Source of the DNA: Blochmannia endosymbiont of Camponotus modoc
GTDB taxonomy: Bacteria > Pseudomonadota > Gammaproteobacteria > Enterobacterales > Enterobacteriaceae
Length of the DNA stretch: 32,000 bases
NCBI RefSeq assembly: GCF_023585785.1
Contig: NZ_CP097765.1
Span: forward strand, 630,001 to 662,000
Reading direction: 5' to 3'
Of the stretch, positions 10,650-20,828 are shown piece by piece. How positions within the stretch are numbered: position 1 is the first letter of the stretch; the number at the start of each line of letters is the position of its first letter. Below the pieces are notes generated by a model. That model was given only the letters and a program-made list of their open reading frames with translations, was not told where the DNA came from and did not search any database. Made by a program: the position numbers and the translations under genes.

Positions 10650-11570
10650 ATGAATATATCACACTTTATTTGGTTTAATGGGGAAATCGTACCATGGCAG
10701 GAAGCTAAAGTACATGTAATGTCTCACGCTTTGCATTATGGATCATCAGTATTTGAAGGTATGAGATGTTATAATTCACATAAAGGTCCCGTTATATTTC
10801 GTCATCGTGAACACATACAAAGATTATATAATTCCGCAAAAATTTATCGTATGCCTATTTCTTGGAGTATTGATGATTTAATGGAAGCTTGTAGAACTAT
10901 TATTCGAAAGAATAATTTAATTAATGCATATATCCGTCCTCTCGTATTTATTGGAAATGTAGGTATGAAAATTAATCCGACTCCCGGATACGCCACCGAC
11001 ATTGCTATAGCAGCTTTTTCTTGGTTGCCTTATCTGGGAGAAAATTCTTTGAAACAAGGGATTGATGTTATGGTATCTTCCTGGAATAGAGTTCCAGCAA
11101 ATACCCTTCCAAGCACAGCGAAGGCTGGCGGAAATTACCTATCATCTATGTTAATTAGTAATGAAGCGCACCGAAATGGTTATCAAGAAGGAATAGGTTT
11201 AGATATATATGGTTATATTTCAGAAGGTGCTGGTGAAAATTTATTTGAAGTTAAAAATAATGTTCTTTTAACGCCACCATGTGCTTCTTCTATTTTACCT
11301 GGAGTCACACGTGATGCTATTATTAAGTTAGCAGTAAATATTGGTTTAGAAGTACAAGAACAAGTATTGTCCCGTGAATCTCTATACATAGCTGATGAAA
11401 TATTTATGTCTGGTACTGCTGCCGAAATAACTCCAGTACGTAGTGTAGATGGAATTAAGGTAGGTGCTGGTACATGCGGACCTATTACTAAAAAATTACA
11501 GCACTTATTTTTTAACTTATTTACCGGAATTACTGAAGATCAATGGAATTGGTTAGATCCAGTGCACTAG
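10650..11570 (+). CDS. ilvE: Branched-chain amino acid aminotransferase
   Basis: 306-aa ORF with IWFNGEIVPW, SHALHYGSSVFEGMRCY, EGIGLDIYGYISEGAGENLFEV and GTAAEITPVRSVDG. Confidence 0.95.
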   Translation: MNISHFIWFNGEIVPWQEAKVHVMSHALHYGSSVFEGMRCYNSHKGPVIFRHREHIQRLYNSAKIYRMPISWSIDDLMEACRTIIRKNNLINAYIRPLVFIGNVGMKINPTPGYATDIAIAAFSWLPYLGENSLKQGIDVMVSSWNRVPANTLPSTAKAGGNYLSSMLISNEAHRNGYQEGIGLDIYGYISEGAGENLFEVKNNVLLTPPCASSILPGVTRDAIIKLAVNIGLEVQEQVLSRESLYIADEIFMSGTAAEITPVRSVDGIKVGAGTCGPITKKLQHLFFNLFTGITEDQWNWLDPVH

Positions 11571-11650
11571 CAATACTAAATTGATACAAATATTAATTCT
11601 TAAGATAATCAATATTCAATAATATAGAGGATACTGGAGTTTTAACTATT

Positions 11651-13501
11651 ATGCCTAAATATCGCTCTACTACTACTACGCACGGTCGTAATATGACTGG
11701 TGCTCGAGCATTATGGCGTGCTACAGGTATGACCACTGAAGATTTTGATAAAATGATTATTGCTGTGGTTAATTCATTTACCCAATTTGTTCCTGGGCAC
11801 ATACATTTACGAAACGTAGGAGAATTAGTGTCTGAACAAATTAATATTACCGGAGGAGTTGCAAAAGAATTTAATACTATTGCAATAGACGATGGAATTG
11901 CCATGGGTCATAGCGGCATGCTATATTCTTTGCCATCTAGAGATCTTATTGCTGATTCTGTGGAATATATGATTAATGCTCATTGCGTTGATGCTATGGT
12001 ATGCATTTCTAATTGCGATAAAATAACACCTGGAATGTTAATGGCGGCATTACGCTTAAATATTCCAGCTATCTTTGTATCAGGTGGACCAATGGAATCT
12101 GGTACAATAGCTTTTTCTAATCAAAACGTTAAGTTAAATTTAATTGACGCGATCACTTGTTCCGTAGATCCTAATATTTCTGATGTTGATCAACAACGCA
12201 TTGAATCAGCGGCGTGTCCTACATGCGGATCTTGTTCAGGGATGTTTACGGCGAACTCCATGAATTGCTTAACAGAAGCATTGGGATTAGCACAACCGGG
12301 TAATGGATCGTTGTTGGCTACTCATTCCGATCGCAAAAAATTATTTTTAAATGCTGGTAAATATATTGTTCATTTAGCTAAATCTTATTATGAAGAGAAT
12401 AATTATTCTGTTCTACCGCGTAATATAGCTAACAAGTCTTCCTTTGAAAATGCAATGATGTTAGACATTGCAATGGGTGGCTCTACTAATACTGTATTAC
12501 ACTTACTTGCGGCCGCTCAAGAAGGAGAGATAGATTTCACTATGGCAGATATTGATAAGCTATCTCGAAAAGTACCGCATTTATGCAAAGTAGCTCCAAA
12601 TACTCAACGATATCACATGGAAGATTTTCATCGAGCCGGAGGAGTAATGGGTGTGCTTGGTGAATTACATCGTTGTGGCTTGTTACATGAAGACACACGT
12701 AATATATTGAATAAATCTTTATTAGAAACGTTATTAAGTTATGATATTGTTTCATGTGATAATTTCGAATCAAAAAATATGTATGCTGCAGCGCCAGCAG
12801 GAATACGTAGCATACAAGCTTTTATGCAAAAAAACAGATGGACTTCGTTAGATACGGATCGTTGCTCGGGATGTATTCGTTCACGTGAACATGCTTATAG
12901 CCAAGATGGAGGTTTAGCAGTATTGTACGGCAATCTTGCTGTAGATGGATGTCTTGTAAAAACAGCTGGAGTTCATATAAACCTTCAAAAATTTAGTGGA
13001 CCAGCTAAGGTGTATGAGAGTCAAGAGGAATCTGTTCAAGCAATTTTAACAGGAAATGTACATTCTGGCGATATTATTGTAATTCGATATGAAGGACCAA
13101 AAGGTGGACCAGGTATGCAAGAAATGTTATATCCAACATCTTTTCTTAAATCCATGGGGTTGGATTTGTGTTGCGCTTTGATTACAGATGGTAGATTTTC
13201 AGGAGGAACATCAGGACTATCTATTGGTCATATATCTCCGGAAGCAGCTAATAAAGGATTAATTGGACTAGTACATGACGGGGACATAATTAATATCGAT
13301 ATTAGCATGCGTAGTATTACTTTAGAAGTTTCTGAGCATATATTAAAAATACGACATGCAGCAGAAATTGCTCGAGGAAATAAAGCGTGGACTCCAACAA
13401 ACAGAAATAGAAACATATCTATTTCTTTAAAAGCATACGCCCACTTAGTAACAAGCGCAGACAAAGGCGCGGTTCGTGATAAATCTAAATTATTAGGATA
13501 A
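11651..13501 (+). CDS. ilvD: Dihydroxy-acid dehydratase
   Basis: 616-aa ORF with [72 protein letters not shown] and [21 protein letters not shown]. Confidence 0.96.
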   Translation: MPKYRSTTTTHGRNMTGARALWRATGMTTEDFDKMIIAVVNSFTQFVPGHIHLRNVGELVSEQINITGGVAKEFNTIAIDDGIAMGHSGMLYSLPSRDLIADSVEYMINAHCVDAMVCISNCDKITPGMLMAALRLNIPAIFVSGGPMESGTIAFSNQNVKLNLIDAITCSVDPNISDVDQQRIESAACPTCGSCSGMFTANSMNCLTEALGLAQPGNGSLLATHSDRKKLFLNAGKYIVHLAKSYYEENNYSVLPRNIANKSSFENAMMLDIAMGGSTNTVLHLLAAAQEGEIDFTMADIDKLSRKVPHLCKVAPNTQRYHMEDFHRAGGVMGVLGELHRCGLLHEDTRNILNKSLLETLLSYDIVSCDNFESKNMYAAAPAGIRSIQAFMQKNRWTSLDTDRCSGCIRSREHAYSQDGGLAVLYGNLAVDGCLVKTAGVHINLQKFSGPAKVYESQEESVQAILTGNVHSGDIIVIRYEGPKGGPGMQEMLYPTSFLKSMGLDLCCALITDGRFSGGTSGLSIGHISPEAANKGLIGLVHDGDIINIDISMRSITLEVSEHILKIRHAAEIARGNKAWTPTNRNRNISISLKAYAHLVTSADKGAVRDKSKLLG

Positions 13502-13509
13502 CATCCTAA

Positions 13510-15054
13510 ATGAAAAAAATTTATTCTTTTTCTCATGCTCCATGTCCTGCAGAGTATCTACGTACTGCTTTGCGCTCTCATGTGTATGAAGTAGCGCAAA
13601 TAACTCCATTACAAATTATGAACAAATTATCAGAACGTCTTGAAAATACAGTATTAGTTAAACGAGAAGATAGACAGCCGGTACATAGCTTTAAACTACG
13701 TGGAGCTTATGCTATGATCTCAAGTCTTAATGAAACACAAAAATCTTCTGGAGTTATTACCGCTTCAGCAGGTAATCACGCTCAGGGGGTAGCTTTTTCT
13801 GCTACTCGTCTAGGTATTACATCTTTGATTGTGATGCCTATAAATACCGCTGACATAAAAATAGATGCAGTACGTGATTTTGGAGGAAAACCGTTATTAT
13901 GTGGAGCTAATTTTGATGAGGCTAAAATTAAAGCTATGTATTTAGCTGATAAACATCAATTAACTTTTATTCCTCCATTTGATCATCCAACGGTAATCGC
14001 GGGACAAGGAACATTAGCTATGGAATTATTGCAGCAAGATGCTCATTTAGATCGCATTTTTGTTCCAGTAGGAGGAGGTGGTTTAGCTGCAGGTGTTTCT
14101 GTATTAATTAAACATCTTATGCCACAAATAAAAGTTATAGGAGTTGAATCAGCAGAATCGGCTTCTTTGTGTGCCGCCTTATCGGCCGGTATGCCAGTAT
14201 GGTTACATAAAGTAGGTCTATTTGCTGAAGGAGTAGCTGTACGATGTGTTGGCAATGAAACATTTCGTCTATGTCAAGAATACCTAGATGATGTAATTAC
14301 AGTGGATAATGATGCAATTTGCGCTGCAATAAAAGATTTATTCGAAGACGTACGTGCTATTGCTGAACCCTCAGGTGCGTTAGCATTAGCTGGAATGAAG
14401 AAGTATATTCAAAAATATGCAATTCGAGGTGAAAGATTAGCTCATGTTCTTTCAGGTGCCAATATAAATTTTCATGAACTACGTTATATTTCAGAACGTT
14501 GCGAACTAGGAGAACAACGAGAAGCGTTAATGGCGATTACTATTCCAGAAAAAAAAGGTAGTTTTTTAGAATTCTATAAAATATTAGGAAACAGATCAGT
14601 AACAGAATTTAATTATCGCTTCAATGGATCTAAAAACGTTTGTATTTTTATTGGTATACGTTTGAAGCACGGACTTTCCGAAAGAAAAACAATAGTTCAA
14701 GAAATACTCGCTAATGGTTTTCACGTTGTAGATTTATCTGACGACGAGATGGCTAAATTGCATGTTAGATACATGGTAGGAGCACGTTTATTCCAGCCTT
14801 TACAGGAGCGAATTTTTAGTTTTGAGTTCCCAGAAGCTCCAGGAGCATTATTGAAATTTCTTCATACTTTAGGTGCTAATTGGAATATCTCTTTATTTCA
14901 TTATAGAAATCATGGTACTGATTACGGACGTGTTCTAGCCGGGTTTGAACTATCTAATCAAAAAGAATCAGAATTTAAAGAATATCTATCTAAATTAGGA
15001 TACGAATGGCACGATGTTACAACTAATCCAGTGTTTGAAGTATTTTTAAATTAA
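13510..15054 (+). CDS. ilvA: Threonine dehydratase, biosynthetic
   Basis: 514-aa ORF with KREDRQPVHSFKLRGAYAM (PLP lysine), GVITASAGNHAQGVAFSA, VPVGGGGLAAG and C-terminal regulatory domains ending HGTDYGRVLAGFE. Confidence 0.96.
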   Translation: MKKIYSFSHAPCPAEYLRTALRSHVYEVAQITPLQIMNKLSERLENTVLVKREDRQPVHSFKLRGAYAMISSLNETQKSSGVITASAGNHAQGVAFSATRLGITSLIVMPINTADIKIDAVRDFGGKPLLCGANFDEAKIKAMYLADKHQLTFIPPFDHPTVIAGQGTLAMELLQQDAHLDRIFVPVGGGGLAAGVSVLIKHLMPQIKVIGVESAESASLCAALSAGMPVWLHKVGLFAEGVAVRCVGNETFRLCQEYLDDVITVDNDAICAAIKDLFEDVRAIAEPSGALALAGMKKYIQKYAIRGERLAHVLSGANINFHELRYISERCELGEQREALMAITIPEKKGSFLEFYKILGNRSVTEFNYRFNGSKNVCIFIGIRLKHGLSERKTIVQEILANGFHVVDLSDDEMAKLHVRYMVGARLFQPLQERIFSFEFPEAPGALLKFLHTLGANWNISLFHYRNHGTDYGRVLAGFELSNQKESEFKEYLSKLGYEWHDVTTNPVFEVFLN

Positions 15055-15115
15055 TAAAACATTGTGATGGAAAGTTATTAAATTATTTTTTAACATTATT
15101 TTAAAGAGATATTTT

Positions 15116-16591
15116 ATGACTAATTATTTTAATACATTAACTTTCATAGAAAAATTAAAACATTTGGGAAAATGTCGATTTATGAGTAACAATGAATTTT
15201 CTGATGGAATTCAGGCATTATTATCTAAAAAAGTAGCTATAATAGGCTGTGGGTCTCAAGGTTTGAATCAAGGTTTAAATATGAGAGATTCTGGGGTAAA
15301 TATTACATACGCTTTACGTCGTGAATCTATTCTTAATAAACAAGAATCTTGGAAAAGAGCAACACAGAACGGATTTCCTGTAGGAACTTATGACGAAATT
15401 ATTCCTAAATCAGATGTAGTTATTAATTTAACTCCAGATAAATGTCACACATCAGTGATACGACAAATAGAACCTTTAATGAAACATGGATCCACATTGG
15501 GGTATTCACATGGATTTCATATTGTAGAAGTTGGAGAAAAAATTCGTCAAGATATTACTGTCATCATGGTTGCTCCAAAATGTCCCGGTACAGAAGTTCG
15601 TCAAGAATATCAACGAGGATTTGGGGTACCTGCTTTAATCGCCGTACACGAAGAAAACGATACATATGATATGGGCATGACATTAGCAAAATCCTGGGCA
15701 TTTGCACTTGGTAGTCATCGTGCTGGGGTATTAGAATCTTCATTTGTAGCAGAAGTTAAATCAGATCTTATGGGAGAACAAACTATTTTATGTGGAATGT
15801 TACAAGCCGGATCCATTCTTTGTTTTGATTATATGATTAGCAATGGTGTTAATGCTGCATACGCAGGAAAATTCATTCAATGTGGCTGGGAAGTCATAAC
15901 TGAAGCATTAAAACAAGGAGGTATTACATTAATGATGGATCGATTATCTAACGCTTCTAAGATACGTGCTTTTATATTATCTGAAAAACTAAAAAATATA
16001 TTAAAACCAGTTTTTGAAAAACATATGGAAAATATACTTAATGGAATATTTTCTAAAGAAATGATGTTGGATTGGGAAAATAATGATGCTAAATTACTTA
16101 ATTGGAGAGAAAAAACCAGTCAACTTCCATTAGAACAAGCTCCACATTATCAACAAGAAATTTTGGAACAAACATATTTTGATTATGGGATATTAATGGT
16201 AGCTATAATCAAATCAGGTATAGAATTATCCTTTGACACGATGATAAAATCTGGAATAGCACCAGAATCAGCATATTATGAATCATTACACGAGTTACCT
16301 TTGATTGCAAATACTATAGCTCGTAAAAAATTATATGAAATGAATATGGTAATTTCTGACACCGCAGAATACGGTAATTATTTATTTTGTGATACGGTAG
16401 TACCTTTGTTAAAAACGACTATAATACCTAATTTAAGAACAGGAGATTTAGGTATGTCATCCAAGAATGTTAACGTTGATAACATTGTTTTGCGTAATAC
16501 TAATGACATGATTCGAAATCATACAATAGAAAAAGTTGGAATTCAACTAAGAAGTTATATGCAAAACATGAAAAGTCTATCATTTAATTAA
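15116..16591 (+). CDS. ilvC: Ketol-acid reductoisomerase, long class II form
   Basis: 491-aa ORF with [44 protein letters not shown] and [30 protein letters not shown]. Confidence 0.96.
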   Translation: MTNYFNTLTFIEKLKHLGKCRFMSNNEFSDGIQALLSKKVAIIGCGSQGLNQGLNMRDSGVNITYALRRESILNKQESWKRATQNGFPVGTYDEIIPKSDVVINLTPDKCHTSVIRQIEPLMKHGSTLGYSHGFHIVEVGEKIRQDITVIMVAPKCPGTEVRQEYQRGFGVPALIAVHEENDTYDMGMTLAKSWAFALGSHRAGVLESSFVAEVKSDLMGEQTILCGMLQAGSILCFDYMISNGVNAAYAGKFIQCGWEVITEALKQGGITLMMDRLSNASKIRAFILSEKLKNILKPVFEKHMENILNGIFSKEMMLDWENNDAKLLNWREKTSQLPLEQAPHYQQEILEQTYFDYGILMVAIIKSGIELSFDTMIKSGIAPESAYYESLHELPLIANTIARKKLYEMNMVISDTAEYGNYLFCDTVVPLLKTTIIPNLRTGDLGMSSKNVNVDNIVLRNTNDMIRNHTIEKVGIQLRSYMQNMKSLSFN

Positions 16592-16822
16592 TGATTAAAA
16601 CAGGACTAAATTTTTGTAATTACCCGCGACATTATTACAATGAAAGATCATTGAGTTGATTCCCAAATAAGAATGAATTTATTTTGAATAAAAACAATAA
16701 AAAATCATGTTACATAATCAGTTATATAAATAACTTTATATATTCAACAATATACATAAAATAAATAAATTAATAATAATGATATATAATGATTAGAAGA
16801 AAATAAATTATAAGGAGGATAA

Positions 16823-17149
16823 ATGAATCAAATTATCATGCACCTAACAGATTCTAATTTTAAAGAAACGGTGTCAAACTCTACCAATCTTTTTTTAGTT
16901 GATTTTTGGGCTGAATGGTGCAATCCCTGTAAAGCAATGATACCTATTTTAGAAGATATCGCTGTTGAGTTTAATGACACATTAAAAGTAGCAAAATTAA
17001 ACATAGATGAAAACCCAATAACTACAAAAAACTATGGGATTAAGAGTATCCCAACTTTATTATTGATTCGTCATGGAACGGTGTTATCTACTAAAGTAGG
17101 GTTGCTGTCCAAACAAAAATTACAAGAATTTTTAAAGATACATATATAA
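16823..17149 (+). CDS. trxA: Thioredoxin 1 with atypical CNPC active site
   Basis: 108-aa ORF with LVDFWAEWCNPCKAMIPILEDIA, YGIKSIPTLLLIRHG and TKVGLLSKQKLQEFL. It sits upstream of rho as in E. coli. Confidence 0.92.
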   Translation: MNQIIMHLTDSNFKETVSNSTNLFLVDFWAEWCNPCKAMIPILEDIAVEFNDTLKVAKLNIDENPITTKNYGIKSIPTLLLIRHGTVLSTKVGLLSKQKLQEFLKIHI

Positions 17150-17287
17150 ATGAGCACTTATTTGAAACATTTATAATTTTTAAAATTATTTTATATGTTA
17201 GTAGACGTTTCTTTAGGATTACAGTAGAATGACAACATGTCGTATATGATTAATTATAAATGTTTAATTTATAATGGAATATAAATA

Positions 17288-17314
17288 TATTGCCACTATG
17301 TAATAGTGGCAATA
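17288..17314. repeat. 12-bp inverted repeat with 3-nt loop (stem-loop)
   Basis: TATTGCCACTAT - GTA - ATAGTGGCAATA in the trxA-rho intergenic region. Confidence 0.85.
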
Positions 17315-17574
17315 ACAGGTAATACAATTAAATTAATTATAGACTATATTTCCAATATGGTTGTAAAGATTACCGATGGATTTTTTATAAATCTATTTTC
17401 TGTGATAATCCGATAGTAAGTAAACACTTTAACGTTTATTCATGCTAGAAATTGTAGGCATGGGATAAACAATTAAATATGTGTTGTAAGGGAAATTATT
17501 CCATTATGTTACATGTATACTTTATCTTTGTAATACCGACAGTGTATATAACTCCAATTTAAGAATCCATAATT

Positions 17575-18834
17575 ATGAATCTTACAAAATTAAAAAACAT
17601 ACCAGTTTCTGAATTAGTACATCTCGGAGAAAGTATGGGTCTGGAAAATTTAGCACGTATGCGCAAGCAAGATATTATCTTTGCTATTTTTAAACAACAT
17701 GCTAAAACTGGAGAAGATATTTTTGGGGATGGTGTATTAGAAATATTACAAGACGGTTTTGGGTTTCTTAGATCTAGTGATAGCTCTTATCTTGCTGGAC
17801 CAGATGATATTTATGTGTCTCCAAGCCAGATTCGTCGTTTTAATTTACGTACTGGAGATACTATTTCTGGGAAAATTAGACCTCCAAAAGAAGGTGAACG
17901 TTATTTTGCATTGCTTAAAGTAAATGATGTAAATTATGATAAACCGGAAAATGCTCGTAATAAAATTTTGTTTGAAAATCTTACTCCATTACATGCCAAT
18001 TCACGATTACGCATGGAAAGAGGAAATGGTTCTACGGAAGATTTAACCGCGAGAGTATTGGACCTAGCATCACCTATTGGGCGCGGACAGCGCGGTTTAA
18101 TTGTAGCGCCTCCTAAAGCCGGAAAAACTATACTTCTTCAAAATATTGCACAAAGCATTAGTCATAATCATCCAGACTGCGTATCAATAGTACTTTTAAT
18201 AGATGAACGTCCAGAAGAAGTTACTGAAATGCAACGCTTAGTGCACGGAGAAGTCATTGCATCTACTTTTGATGAGCCAGCATCTCGTCATGTTCAAGTA
18301 TCTGAAATGGTAATTGAGAAAGCTAAGCGATTAGTAGAACACAAAAAAGATGTTATTATTTTGTTAGATTCCATTACTCGATTAGCAAGAGCCTATAATA
18401 CTATAGTACCTTCATCCGGAAAAGTGTTGACAGGAGGGGTTGATGCTAATGCTTTACATCGTCCAAAACGCTTTTTCGGAGCGGCTCGTAATATGGAAGA
18501 AGGAGGAAGCTTAACTATTATAGCTACTGCTTTAATAGATACTGGATCAAAAATGGATGAAGTAATTTATGAAGAATTTAAAGGAACTGGCAATATGGAA
18601 CTACATTTATCAAGGAAAATAGCTGAAAAGCGTGTTTTCCCGGCTATTGATTACAATCGTTCTGGAACTAGGAAAGAAGAACTGTTAACTACTCAAGATG
18701 AACTGCAAAAAATATGGATTTTACGAAAAATTATTCATCCAATGAGTGAAATTGATGCAATGGAATTCATGATGAATAAATTATCTATGACTAAAACCAA
18801 TGATGAATTCTTTGATATGATGAAGCGCTGCTAA
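17575..18834 (+). CDS. rho: Transcription termination factor Rho
   Basis: 419-aa ORF nearly collinear with E. coli Rho: [61 protein letters not shown] and [22 protein letters not shown]. Confidence 0.97.
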   Translation: MNLTKLKNIPVSELVHLGESMGLENLARMRKQDIIFAIFKQHAKTGEDIFGDGVLEILQDGFGFLRSSDSSYLAGPDDIYVSPSQIRRFNLRTGDTISGKIRPPKEGERYFALLKVNDVNYDKPENARNKILFENLTPLHANSRLRMERGNGSTEDLTARVLDLASPIGRGQRGLIVAPPKAGKTILLQNIAQSISHNHPDCVSIVLLIDERPEEVTEMQRLVHGEVIASTFDEPASRHVQVSEMVIEKAKRLVEHKKDVIILLDSITRLARAYNTIVPSSGKVLTGGVDANALHRPKRFFGAARNMEEGGSLTIIATALIDTGSKMDEVIYEEFKGTGNMELHLSRKIAEKRVFPAIDYNRSGTRKEELLTTQDELQKIWILRKIIHPMSEIDAMEFMMNKLSMTKTNDEFFDMMKRC

Positions 18835-19147
18835 TTTATTGCAATAGTTATCGTTTACTGTATTAACACATATTTTAAAAAAAAGACTATTTGCTATTTT
18901 CTATGGCGACAATTTTTCAGATTTTTATATAAAAATTTATTTAATAAATTATCTATATACAATTTTTAATTGTTGTCCTCGCATATTTTTCATAATGGTT
19001 TATTTTTATGAATTAAGTATTATGGCGGTATTTAGAATACTTACATACCCATATATTTCTAATATCTTCATGTATAAGTAATAAATTTTTAATTAATTAT
19101 TTCTGTAATATGTATATGATACAAATATCAGATATATGATAAAATAT

Positions 19148-19177
19148 GTAGATGTAGATGTAGATGTAGATGTAGAT
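19148..19177 (+). repeat. Hexanucleotide tandem repeat (GTAGAT)x5
   Basis: Five exact consecutive copies of gtagat followed by gttgaagatg, in non-coding DNA between rho and the tRNA cluster. Confidence 0.95.
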
Positions 19178-19430
19178 GTTGAAGATGTGTCCACATTATT
19201 TCTCTCATCTACTATATAGTTTTATGGGTATATCAATATTTATAAATATTTTTTATGTAAGATACACAATAAACTATAAAATATTCTTTGATTTCATAAA
19301 AATTTTTTCAGCAGTTGTTTTTAATGAAATTCAGTGAACAATATATATGTACCAAAAAAAATTATTAATGCAAATTGATTAAACTATATTTTGTTGATAT
19401 AAATTTGCATTAAATATATATGTTAATTCA

Positions 19431-19504
19431 GCGTTCGTAGCTCAACTGGACAGAGCATCGCCCTCCGGAGGCGAAGGTTTCAGGTTCAAATCCTGTCGGA
19501 CGCG
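19431..19504 (+). tRNA. tRNA-Arg(CCG)
   Basis: GCGTTCGTAGCTCAACTGGACAGAGCATCGCCCTCCGGAGGCGAAGGTTTCAGGTTCAAATCCTGTCGGACGCG; anticodon CCG. First of an Arg-His-Leu-Pro cluster like E. coli argX-hisR-leuT-proM. Confidence 0.94.
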
Positions 19505-19547
19505 TTGATTTATTTAAATTTTTATGAAAAAATTGAAGCTGATCGAT

Positions 19548-19621
19548 GGTGATTGTAGCTCAGTTGGTAGAGCTCTGGATTGTGGTTCCAGAAGTCGTGG
19601 GTTCGAATCCCATCAATCACC
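19548..19621 (+). tRNA. tRNA-His(GTG)
   Basis: GGTGATTGTAGCTCAGTTGGTAGAGCTCTGGATTGTGGTTCCAGAAGTCGTGGGTTCGAATCCCATCAATCACC; anticodon GTG, with the encoded G-1:C73 pair typical of tRNA-His. Confidence 0.94.
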
Positions 19622-19643
19622 CATTCAAAATAAATGACATAAA

Positions 19644-19729
19644 GCGAAGGTGGCGGAATAGGAAGACGCACTAACTTCAGGAGTTAGTGTCTTGATCAAG
19701 ACGTGAGGGTTCAAATCCCTTCCTTCGCA
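19644..19729 (+). tRNA. tRNA-Leu(CAG)
   Basis: GCGAAGGTGGCGGAATAGGAAGACGCACTAACTTCAGGAGTTAGTG...CCTTCGCA; class II with long variable arm TGTCTTGATCAAGACGT; anticodon CAG. Confidence 0.93.
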
Positions 19730-19846
19730 GAAAAATAATTATTATTGTATCGCAAATAAAATGATTGATTATTAGCATTTCAATATTCTTCAATGGAAGA
19801 TATATATAATATAATACGAAAAAATTATATGCAAATCAGAAAGCAT

Positions 19847-19920
19847 CGGCGAGTGGCGCAGCTTGGTAGCGCTCCTGGTTTGGGACCAGGAGGTCGGAGG
19901 TTCAAATCCTCTCTCGCCGA
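19847..19920 (+). tRNA. tRNA-Pro(TGG)
   Basis: CGGCGAGTGGCGCAGCTTGGTAGCGCTCCTGGTTTGGGACCAGGAGGTCGGAGGTTCAAATCCTCTCTCGCCGA; anticodon TGG. Confidence 0.95.
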
Positions 19921-20033
19921 TTCCTATAAACTATATTGAGAGAGATTAAGTATTTTTGTTATTGCATTTTTTAAAACTTTTATATGTGTTTATAGAAGTA
20001 ATTATTTGCATATGAATTTAGAATGTTCATAAA

Positions 20034-20783
20034 TTATGAATTCTTAATCAAAATATGAGTTAGTACCTCATTGTTTGCTGACCGCGCTATAATAATATCT
20101 GTCCAACCTAAACGTCTAGCTAATTTAGCTAGACGCACACTTACCACGATTAATTTACATCGTATTAACCAAGATGTACGATAAGATTCAGGAATTAAAT
20201 AATATAGGTGTTGCAATATTTCCCCAGAAGTAACTACTACTATTTTAATATTCAATTCTAATAGCTTAGATGATTGTTCTTCTCTATCATACCGCAACGG
20301 TTGTCTAGTATAACATTCGCAGGACGCAACAAACACTCCTCTTCTTTGGAGAGTGTTGTCTAAAATAGTACGTCCATTATTTCCTCTCAGAATAAGAGCG
20401 CGCTTTCCATAACTATACATTAGTTCAGGTAATTGTAATAAATTTTCACTAGTTTCCTGGATTGTAGGATATTTCACTAATATTCCTGATAACTTGTACA
20501 TCATTACACTAGTTGCATAACCAATGGAATAATATGCTAATTTGGTAGGCCAAGATATTCCTATGTCAAGTAATTGATTATGAGCATATTTAATTGCATG
20601 CTGCGATATAATGCACAAAAAATCTCCTTCAGAAAGTAGATTTAATTTCTGTTCTAATGCACATAATTCTTTTCCTGTAGAAAAGTAAATCAATGGCAAA
20701 TGATATGCAAATTTACCAAAAGAAAGTAATTTATTTACCAATTGCTCTCCATATGGAGAAGGACGAGTAATTAAAATATTCAT
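20034..20783 (-). CDS. hemD: Uroporphyrinogen-III synthase
   Basis: 249-aa ORF with MNILITRPSPYGEQLVNKL, ALILRGNNGRTILDNTLQRRGVFVASCECYTR and VVTSGEILQHLYYL. It lies immediately downstream of hemC, as in enterobacteria. Confidence 0.88.
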   Translation of the reverse strand: MNILITRPSPYGEQLVNKLLSFGKFAYHLPLIYFSTGKELCALEQKLNLLSEGDFLCIISQHAIKYAHNQLLDIGISWPTKLAYYSIGYATSVMMYKLSGILVKYPTIQETSENLLQLPELMYSYGKRALILRGNNGRTILDNTLQRRGVFVASCECYTRQPLRYDREEQSSKLLELNIKIVVVTSGEILQHLYYLIPESYRTSWLIRCKLIVVSVRLAKLARRLGWTDIIIARSANNEVLTHILIKNS

Positions 20784-20828
20784 AATTGTTAATTCGATAC
20801 ATGATTAAATTAACCAAATAAAAACATG

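Noticed and set aside
11593-13536. Antisense ORFs across ilvD (11593..11904, 12540..12773, 13228..13536)
   Set aside because: These are spurious antisense frames of the conserved ilvD and start of ilvA.
14043-15669. ORFs 14043..14255 (-) in ilvA and 15442..15669 (+) in ilvC
   Set aside because: They are embedded in unambiguous conserved CDSs in other frames.
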